DNA from: Octopus sinensis
Taxonomy: Eukaryota
Reading direction: 5' to 3'
Length of the DNA: 12,544 nucleotides
Assembly (NCBI RefSeq): GCF_006345805.1
Contig: NW_021826509.1
Location: 1 to 12,544, forward strand
Position numbers and translations under genes: made by a program
The notes under the pieces: model-generated
What the model saw: only the letters and a program-made list of their open reading frames with translations
The model's database searches: none
What the model was told of the DNA's origin: nothing
Part shown: one piece after another, positions 1 through 8,047 of the stretch
Layout: each line of letters starts with the position of its first letter
Numbering within the stretch: position 1 is the first letter of the stretch

Positions 1-44
1 GGCAGACAGGTAGGCATTTAAATATTTACACACACGAGTATTAT

Positions 45-235
45 GTTTATATGTATGTATATTTGTATGCCTATGTATACGTGTATTTATATATGTGTGT
101 GTGTGTGTGTGTAGGTGTGTGTGTGTGTATGTATGTACGTATGTATGTAAGCAAGCCTGTGCACATGGACGTATCGTACATAATTCGTGTGTGTGTGAGA
201 AAGAGAGACAGACAGACAGACACACAGACAGACAG
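45..235. repeat. Compound (TA)/(TG)/(TATG)/(GACA) microsatellite
   Basis: Direct reading. ORFs 51..275 and 71..256 are translated dinucleotide repeats. Confidence 0.9.
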
Positions 236-310
236 GTTCCGCTTCTCCAAATACACTGAAAAGTTTTGGTGTTGACCAAAGTTCTATGGCAGGCTATGGT
301 AAAGACCCAC
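234..310 (-). mobile_element. Possible very decayed relic of the 5' part of the SINE family at 8048
   Basis: ccaaatacactgaaaagttttggt...aggctatggtaaagac loosely matches the reverse complement of 8120-8190 (caaatgactcataaggctttggtcggcccgaggctatagtagaagg), next to a TG/TATG tract as in that element. By-eye alignment only. Confidence 0.3.
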
Positions 311-580
311 TCTTCCTCTTCTCCCTCAAATGGGATGGAATCGGATTTGAGGACTCATAATTGGGCCACGGACTTAATTTCTAAGCCGGTCGGCCAATTT
401 GACTCCATGTACGTACGTACAATAGAAATATATGGAAATAACAAATTTTTTTTTTAGCCTTAGGACGCATAAAGCTAGTTATCCGGTTTCTATGATTTTT
501 AAATGACCATAGTCACAACATTCCCGATGAATCAGACGCCGGCCCGTGGCAGGGACCAAGGCAAGAAAGTTTGAGAGGAA

Positions 581-705
581 GGATCGTTTACATCGACCGC
601 AGTATTTATTGATATTTATTTTATTGACCCCTGAGGTGATGACAGCAAAGTTGACCTCGGCAGTATTCGAACTCAGAACGTAGAGAGCCAGAAGGAATTT
701 CGCTA
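581..705 (-). mobile_element. Decayed fragment of the tRNA-type SINE family found at 11172 and 12040
   Basis: gatcgtttacatcgaccgcagt...ttattgacccc...gcaaagttgacctcggcagtattcgaactcagaacgta aligns colinearly with 12107-12208 (gtcgattacatcgaccccagt...tttatcgacccc...gcaaagtcgacctcagcggaatttgaactcacagcgta). Confidence 0.75.
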
Positions 706-800
706 ATCATGGCAGTGCTTTAGTGGGTGGTCTACCGCAGGGTCCTTAGTCTACACCGTGAAATGACTTGATCTTGTTATGGTTGGGGCTGCAATTAAAT

Positions 801-940
801 TTTAGGGTTAGGGTTTAGAGTTAGAGCTTAACGTCTTGGTTTAACGTTATGGTTAGGTTAGACATTAGGGTTAGGGTTAAACTTTAGGTTTACGGTTAAA
901 CTTTAAGGTAAGGGTTAGCGTTTAGAATTAAGGTTAGGGA
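801..940 (+). repeat. Degenerate interstitial telomere-like (TTAGGG)n array
   Basis: Exact TTAGGG at 802, 808, 865, 871 and 934, interspersed with variants (TTAGAG, TTAGGT, TAAGGG, TTAGCG, TTACGG). Confidence 0.8.
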
Positions 941-1121
941 TAAACTGCACGCTAAAGAGTAAATAGCCAAGTATACTGTACGCTTGAGATGTACGTTTAA
1001 GACGCACGTTGACTGACGTGCCAACGATTTTGCCAGTTCGCAGTCCATCACAGAATATAACAAAGAGGTAAAAACCAAAGGTGTGATACGGATGTATGTC
1101 AAGCACCTAAATACGGCAAAC

Positions 1122-1204
1122 TATGTTGAATAAAATCATAATTAGCTGATCCCCCTGTATTTTTATTTTACCCAAAGCCAGGAACTTTTCAGTAACTCCT
1201 CGTA
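1122..1204 (+). mobile_element. Solo right end of a mariner-type DNA transposon
   Basis: tatgttgaataaaatcataatt...cccaaagccaggaacttttcagtaactcctcgta is a direct near-copy of 1381-1465 and ends in a TIR-like sequence plus TA. Confidence 0.75.
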
Positions 1205-1244
1205 AGTATAGATATATATATATATATATAATATATATTATATA

Positions 1245-1465
1245 TATGAGGGGTGGAGAAAAGTTCCTGGCATGAAGGGTGTTGTGAAAGGCTGGATAGA
1301 GGTAGAATCTTTCGAGTTCCTTTGAGGATTTAGTAAAACTGAAGGACTGCTGCAATAAGTGTGTGAATCTGAAAGGGGAATATGTTGAATAAAATCATAA
1401 TTAACTGACACCGCCCCTGTATTTTCTTTCACCCAAAGCCAGGAACTTGTCAGTACTCCCTCGTA
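1245..1465 (+). mobile_element. Internally deleted mariner (Tc1/mariner) element with both TIRs
   Basis: Left TIR tatgaggggtggagaaaagttcctggc (1245-1271). Right TIR gccaggaacttgtcagtactccctcgta (1438-1465). TA at both ends. 1321-1392 translates FEDLVKLKDCCNKCVNLKGEYVE*, resembling the mariner transposase C-terminus (KL..RW.KC....G.Y.E). Confidence 0.8.
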
Positions 1466-1640
1466 CTATCTACACACGTGACTTGGCACCATGTCCAAAG
1501 CATTATACATTGCAATCCGCAAGGGGAGAAGATGAACCTAAAGATAAATGTTTGAGTTTGCAATGGTTCATTCGCATCAATTGGGAATTCTGCTGGAATA
1601 TTGGTTTGAAAAGTAACTCTGTTGGAATGTTCTTTTAGTG

Positions 1641-1792
1641 TGGAGGAGGAGGAGGAGGAGGGGTGCGATGGGGAGGATGGTGATGATGCTGATGATGATG
1701 ATGATGCTGATGATGATGATGACGACGACGGTGATACAGACGACAACAACACCGATGACGGCGACGATGATGATGACGACAACGATGACAAT
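1641..1792. repeat. Compound (GGA)/(GAT)/(GAC) trinucleotide tract
   Basis: Direct reading. Confidence 0.9.
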
Positions 1793-1906
1793 GAAGAAGA
1801 AGAAGAAGAAGAAGAAGAAGAAGAAGAAGAAGAAGAAGAAGAAGAAGAAGAAGAAGAAGAAGAAGAAGAAGAAGAAGAAGAAGAAGAAGAAGAAGAAGAA
1901 GAAGAA
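1793..1906. repeat. Perfect (GAA)38 microsatellite
   Basis: 114 bp uninterrupted. Source of the poly-E, poly-K and poly-F ORFs. Confidence 0.95.
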
Positions 1907-2091
1907 ACGAGATAAAGAAGGCGTAAGAGGTGGAAGATGGAATGACAGAATTAAACAGAAAATCTCTTCCATTTTCTTCATATTCTTTGTTTATTTCTGA
2001 GGCATTTCGTTATTGTTTCGTATCTTAATTTTCGTCTTGTAGCTAATTGTTTTTTTTTAACATAACTCGTGAATATATTTATTTATATATG

Positions 2092-2170
<79 letters not shown>
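2092..2170. repeat. (TATC)~20 microsatellite; a shorter CT/TATC tract lies at about 2348-2417
   Basis: Direct reading. Confidence 0.95.
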
Positions 2171-2548
2171 TTATATATTTTCTTCGCATGCGCTGATCTT
2201 TTATTTTTAATCTTTTCCGAAAAATTCCCCAAGCAGTGGCAGCCATTGTTAAACCGTTGGGTCGAAGCAAATTTTTAAATACGCTGGAATACATTCGACC
2301 GTAAACCAAACGATTACCCATAAACCCTTAGTAAACAACAATGCGAATCTCTCTATATATAGCTCTCTCTCTCTATCTATCTATCTATCTATCAATCTAT
2401 CTACCTATCTATCTATCAATTTTCCCTATTCTTATCTTAGCCTCACTTAAATACGAACCAAACCATAAGAAATTGTTATATATGCTTGACTCGACCTGAC
2501 CTATTTTTACTCACCGCTGCTACCGGCTCCATCACTTATTTTCAAATA

Positions 2549-2638
2549 CGTGTGCGTGTGTTTGTATGTGTGTGTGTATGTATGTGTATGTGCGTATGCA
2601 TGTGTGTTATGTGTGTGTATATATGTATTATGTGTACG

Positions 2639-2672
<34 letters not shown>

Positions 2673-2753
2673 ATATATATATAGTAGATGTACGTGTGTA
2701 TTATATGTATATATATATATATGTTTGACTGTGCTCGCACACGCATATATATG

Positions 2754-2830
<77 letters not shown>

Positions 2831-3009
2831 CATATATATAGATAGATATAGATATAGATATGCGTGTGCATATATATATATATCCATGCATACACTCATA
2901 CATACATACATACGCATATACTCACGAGCAAAATCTATATATGCATGAATTTGTGTAAACACACACACACACACACACAACACATATATATATATATATA
3001 TATATAAAT

Positions 3010-3041
<32 letters not shown>

Positions 3042-3060
3042 TTGCATATACATACATGCA
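2549..3060. repeat. Long compound (TG)/(TA)/(CA) microsatellite region
   Basis: Direct reading. ORFs 2486-3104 are YI/CV repeats. Confidence 0.95.
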
Positions 3061-3425
3061 TAGATATACGCAGAGATAAACAATTCACGAAAGAGCGAAA
3101 ACAAAGTGAGTTACACGCTTGAGTTGTCTCCCTTCCCGTTCCTTGTCACCTCCGGCACCACCACCACCACACCTTCCTCATCAGCGCTAAGATATCAACG
3201 AATCCCAAATAACGTGGAGGATGCATGTGCGATGGCACAAGTAGGGACGTTCAGGGAATTCTTTACTTCGCAGCAGGAGTTGCTTTCTTGCCTTTTTAAT
3301 CCTGTTAGGGGCAAGATCATGCGTTTCACGTCACGCTAATTCTGGGGCCCCATTGTTGCTGTATTTCTCTGTACTCGTAGGTGGGTGGCAAAATGGTGGT
3401 GATGTTCGTGTTGGTGGTTGCTGTT

Positions 3426-3442
3426 ACCGACGTCGTCGTCGT

Positions 3443-3483
<41 letters not shown>

Positions 3484-3485
3484 TT

Positions 3486-3530
<45 letters not shown>

Positions 3531-3944
3531 ATAGTAGTAGTAGTAGTAGTAGTCGTAGTAGTTGTAGTGTTTGTCCTCGTTGTAGTAGTAGCAGTACTAC
3601 CTGTAGTAGTAGTAGTAGTAGTAGTCGTAGTAGTAGTAGATTTGGTGGTGGTTATGTGTGATGGTGATACAGCTGGTGGTGCAGGTGGTGATGGTGACGA
3701 TGGTGCTTGATGTGGTAGTAGTAGTAGCAGTAGTAGTAGTAGTTGTTGTAGTAGTGGTGGTGGTGGTTGTAATGGTAGTAGTGGGGCGGTAGTTGTAGTA
3801 GTAGTTGTTGTTGTAGTGGTGGTGGTGGTGGTGATGGTGGTGGTTGCGGTAATAGTAGCTCGGGTACAATGCTGGTGTTGGTGGGGATGATGCTGGTTGA
3901 TGTGCTGGTGGTGATGGTGATGATGATGGTGCTGTTGTTCTTCT

Positions 3945-3993
<49 letters not shown>
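3426..3993. repeat. Compound trinucleotide tract (GTC)-(GCA)-(GTA)-(GTG/GAT)-(TAG)16
   Basis: Direct reading. Source of the poly-V, S, T and H ORFs. Confidence 0.95.
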
Positions 3994-4259
3994 CAGCAGC
4001 TTTTGTTGTTTAAATATCCAAATTTCCTAGATCGTGAAGATGGAAAAAATTAAGGTTCGTTTCGCAGAAGCTTTAGTGACGTCATCAGAACTAAACAAAA
4101 CTAAAATAAAATAAATGAAAACAGCAACAAAAATGTTTCTCTGCAAAATGGCGGACATCCAAACTTATCGATGATTTCTATACCTTGTTATCTGACCGGC
4201 AATTGAAACTTACTGCATATCATTATTATTATTATTATTATTACAATTCTTTGTCCGAT

Positions 4260-4608
4260 TCGCCTTCTCCTTCGCCTTCCTATTCTTCTTCCACTTCTGC
4301 TTCTTCTTAGAATTCTTCTGCATCTTCTTCTTCTTCTTCTTCTTCTTCTTCTTCTTCTTCTTCTTCTTCTTCTTCTTCTTCTTCTTCTTCTTCTTCTTCT
4401 TCCACTTCCACTTCTTCCACTTCCACTTCTCCTTCCACAACTGCTTCCATTTCTTCTTCTTCCACTCCTACTTTTGCTTCTTCCATTTCTTCTTTTTCTT
4501 CTTTTATTTCCTCTTCTTTCTCTTCTACTATTTCCTCCTCTTCTTCGTCGTCTTCGTCTTCTTCTTCTTCTTCTTCTTCGTCCTCTTCTATTATTTCCTC
4601 TTCTTCTT

Positions 4609-4665
<57 letters not shown>

Positions 4666-4682
4666 TTTCTTCCTCTTCTTCT
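4260..4682. repeat. Pyrimidine-rich compound tract including (CTT)26 at 4324-4401 and (CTA)19 at 4609-4665
   Basis: Direct reading. Confidence 0.95.
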
Positions 4683-5096
4683 TCAATGCCCAGAGTCGAT
4701 GTGTCATAAACACCCTGTAAGTTGTTGATTTGTTTTCATTGTTATAAGTCAATTTTTGATTCCGTCTTTTGTCGTAGAGTCTGTTGTGTTTTGAGCAGAC
4801 CTAAGGGTCTGAACAAAACGTCTCTATTTTTGGCCCTTCGGGGCAAAATTTCGATAAGAAATTTTACGAAATATTAAATCCGTTGGCTTCGTCACCGAAC
4901 AAAGAAGAGAGGGAAAGTGGGAGATGGGGTTGAAGATGAAATAGTCCGTTCGACGACAGTTACCCCACCTTCTGGCAAATCTATCAAACCTGAAAAGAGT
5001 TTGTAGCAACAGAACCATCAGCAACAATAAAAACAGCGAACATCGCCATCACAAACACCGACAAAGAAGATGAAAGAAAGAACATGCGCAGATCGA

Positions 5097-5203
5097 AGCA
5101 ACAAGAACAACAACAACGAACAAGAAAAGCAGGTAAAAGACAAAACAAAATCCACGTTTTGTTCCTGCGTTTTCTGATTGTCGTTGTTGTTGTTTTTGTT
5201 GCT
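5097..5203. repeat. Imperfect inverted repeat (long hairpin) built on (AAC)n/(GTT)n arms
   Basis: Left arm agcaacaagaacaacaacaacgaacaagaaaagcagg versus reverse complement of the right arm agcaacaaaaacaacaacaacgacaatcagaaaacgcagg. Inner stem aacaaaa-tccacg-ttttgtt. Confidence 0.7.
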
Positions 5204-5409
5204 ATTGTTGTTACTGTTTATTGAAATCTTTGTTTTTGAATCGTGGTCTGGTTTTGCTTTTGTTTTGTTTTTTGTGTTGTTTTTCGGCAATATTTGTTGT
5301 TTTTAAAATTTGTACTTTAATCGAAGACAGCTTCGGTAAGTCTTCGTGTTCGGCAATTGTTAACCAAAATTAACAGATGCCAAATTGATATTCTATTTCT
5401 CAAAGTACA

Positions 5410-5728
5410 AGATTCTTCAAATCGACCATGACACTTGGGAGCAGTCTGCTCTAGACAGAGAAGGGTGGAGATCAGATGTCCACAGGAGTGCCAACACATG
5501 CGAGACCAATAGGATCGCTGCTGCAGAAGACCGCAGACAAGCCAGGAAGGACAAAGCTAACAACCCTGTAGCAGGCGCTACCATTCCCTCTACATACTGT
5601 CAAATACTCTTTCGGGCGCAGATTGGCCTCACTAGCCATCTGCGGACTCACAAAACAAGCCCAGACCCACCCCCGGATGACTAGATGGTCTTCGTCGCAT
5701 CGACGCACAAACTACACACACACACACA
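5410..5728 (+). mobile_element. 5'-truncated RTE-clade LINE: ORF2 C-terminus, short 3' UTR and (CA)n tail
   Basis: IDHDTWEQSALDREGWRSDVH...ETNRIAAAEDRRQARK...PSTYCQILFRAQIGLTSHLRTH matches the RTE ORF2 C-terminal pattern (W..LA.DR..WR and a terminal C2H2-like finger with the first Cys lost). Stop at 5684, (CA)n at 5714-5728. Confidence 0.85.
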
Positions 5729-5729
5729 A

Positions 5730-6182
5730 CAGGCTCATTACATCCATATTTGCGCGACATGGTGATCTCATATCAAGATAAACAGCACATGAACTTGCAG
5801 GTGGGACTCAGTTAGAAATTTTTCAGGTCGAGTAGCCCATCCCACTTAAAAAGTCCCTGAATAAGAGTTGTTTAAGGATGTTGAACGAAACACCCATGTT
5901 TCCAAAGGTGAATTATCCAAACCCCAAAGACTTCCTCTCAATACATGGCTATGATGATCCCCCACTACTTCTGCTCGAGATCAGAGATGCACATATTGTC
6001 AGCCACTAAGGGACATGCTCAACTGGTTACGGTCGAACAACTGACAAGCAAATCTGTGGTTTTCAGCAGAGCATTTGCTTTGGCCAATCTTTTATACCAA
6101 GACAAATCAATGTACATGGTAAGACTTCCAATCGGTCAAGATCAGAAGCCATGAGAACCACTGCATGTTACAGCATCAGGGC

Positions 6183-6185
<3 letters not shown>
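5730..6185. mobile_element. Non-coding interspersed repeat abutting an (ATT)n tract (probable retroelement UTR or SINE-like element)
   Basis: Complex sequence with no credible ORF, which I recall as a high-copy octopus repeat associated with (TAA)n. This is recall only; family and orientation are unverified. Confidence 0.5.
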
Positions 6186-6235
<50 letters not shown>

Positions 6236-6291
6236 TATTATATTATTATCATCATTATTATTATTATTATTATTACTATTATTATTATTAT
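6185..6291. repeat. (ATT)n/(TAA)n microsatellite
   Basis: Direct reading. Confidence 0.95.
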
Positions 6292-7269
6292 CGTTGTCAA
6301 CATTGTTATTGTTATCGCTTTGCTCCATGTATTTCTACAGCCAATTTAGTTAAATTTCTTGACGCTAAGACAAAATATAAAAATAAACTCTAAAAATTTG
6401 CAAACCAAAAGAAAAACAATAAAACAAACAACCGAGACATGATGACGGTATGTGTCATTCTCAGTGAGACAACTGATCAATCAATCAATCAATCAATCAA
6501 TTTCTACGTAGTTCGATGTCAAAGCTATCTGAATGTAAAGTTTGCCTGAAACTGACAACTAAATATATACATAAAGGCGTAAATGGATTAATAATTATTA
6601 AATCCATAAACAATTTGATACTTAATGCGTCACAGAATTAATGGCGGCTGCATTAAACATTTTACTGCGAGATTTTAGATTTCATACGTTAGGTTGCTAT
6701 TTAGATATTTTTATATAGTTATATATAGTAGTGATCACATGATGCTTTCTATATAATAAATAAATAAAACATATGCATATATATAAACATATATGTACGT
6801 ACCTACCTCTACATGTACATATACACGCATATATGGGGTACAGGACACCAAAAAGACGTCGAACACAATGAGAAACGAAAACATAGACACAAACCAAAGG
6901 AACTGGACATTTTTTTAAACAACAAAAAAATAGAGTACAGGACAATTAACACAAAGAAAAAAACCCTTCTTCAGTCGCTATGGTTTCATCTACTCTACGT
7001 TTCGAAGGTGAAAGCGGGACGTATCTTCGACAAGAAACTTTCCTTCCTGCGAAAAGCAAATCAATTAAAATTCTGAGATCTTTTCGCAGAGAGGTAAAAA
7101 TAAGGTAACAAAAACAGGACAGTAACGACAGTACAAATTATAAACAGTAAAAGACAGGACAAGGAAAAACAAGATAAGAAGGGCTGTTAACGCCGAACGA
7201 AAAAAAGTATCACGAACGCGGTTTTTTTTGTGAACGAGTTAATCCAAACAAGAAAGCACAAAAACACAC

Positions 7270-7420
7270 AACAACGCGAGGACGTAGAACAAATATAGTA
7301 TTATTGGACGCTCAGGAAAGATGGAAAGAAGGAGGGTTTAACGTTTCGAGCGGAGCTCTTCGTCGGAAACATAGGAGAAGGGAAGATCCAGAGAAGGGAA
7401 AACAGAGGAAAACAAATCTC
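7270..7420 (-). mobile_element. Probable Penelope-like (pLTR-type) repeat relic carrying a hammerhead motif
   Basis: Contains acgtttcg...ctcttcgtc, the antisense signature of PLE minimal hammerheads. Boundaries approximate. No PLE RT or GIY-YIG coding sequence is visible. Confidence 0.5.
7336..7370 (-). ncRNA. Minimal type I hammerhead ribozyme-like motif
   Basis: Minus strand GUUU-CCGACGA-A-GAGC-UCC-GCUC-GAA-ACGU-U-AAAC: stem I GUUU/AAAC, core CCGACGA (canonical CUGANGA), stem II GAGC/GCUC, GAA, palindromic ACGU stem III, GUU cleavage triplet. Confidence 0.65.
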
Positions 7421-7427
7421 CAACAAA

Positions 7428-7620
7428 ATCCGTTCTGTCTGTCTGCGTGTCTGTGTGGCTTCTAGGATCTATGGCATCCTCCATCCGATTGCGCTCAAAT
7501 TTGATATGTATATACCGACGGTATTAGGATGTGTATAAGCCTTGAAAAAATTACAAAAATCGATTCCAGGCGAGAATGCGATCGATAAAGCCGTGGGAAA
7601 TCGTTTTTCTTTGGAATAGA
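7428..7620 (+). mobile_element. Possible non-autonomous Helentron (HINE/DINE-1-like) relic
   Basis: (GTCT)-type microsatellite tccgttctgtctgtctgcgtgtctg followed by ccgattgcgctcaaatttgatatg, resembling the conserved ccgatt...aaattt block of DINE-1/HINE elements. Termini not identified. Confidence 0.45.
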
Positions 7621-7786
7621 AAAAGTCTATCTTTATTTCTTCTTTTGCTGGTGTCTAAAATTTAGGTTAAATCAGTGTTTCTCAAAGGAGAGGCCTATGT
7701 GGCAGTCGGACAAGTTGTTTAGAGAGAATTCGGTTTCAATGTTTGACAACCCAGTACCGTCCATTGGACGGGGGCGTTTTGTTCGT

Positions 7787-7904
7787 ATATATATATATAT
7801 AATCTACATATATATATATAATGTCTACATATATATATATAATGTCTACATATATATATATATTGGTGTGTGTGTGTGTATGTATATATACATACATATA
7901 TATG

Positions 7905-7942
<38 letters not shown>
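7787..7942. repeat. (TA)n tract with three copies of an approximately 21-bp unit (TA)n-ATGTCTACA
   Basis: aatctacata, aatgtctacata and aatgtctacata spaced by TA runs at about 7800-7860. Confidence 0.85.
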
Positions 7943-7943
<1 letters not shown>

Positions 7944-8047
7944 ACTTAAGGCCTTTAAGCTATCTCCTTTTAAGCTCTTCATTGGGCCTTACGCCCAACA
8001 ATGAGACTTAATGCATTGAATACATATATACATATTAAATTTTATTA

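Noticed and set aside
470-570. Possible older SINE-like relic (ccggtttct...cccgtggcaggg)
   Set aside because: Only a vague resemblance from memory. There is no second copy in the window to align against.
801-940. True telomere or strong G-quadruplex
   Set aside because: The array is internal and degenerate, and its GGG runs come in pairs separated by long gaps.
1465-1500. IYTRDLAPC resembling the mariner YSPDLAP motif
   Set aside because: It lies outside the right TIR and the following residues do not fit. Probably chance.
3170-3190. CUGAUGA on the minus strand as a hammerhead core
   Set aside because: No stem II and no correctly placed GAAA follow it.
4778-5133. Possible exon between acceptor gtcgtag (4777) and donor cag|gtaaaa (5132)
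   Set aside because: All three plus-strand frames contain stops and none gives a recognisable peptide.
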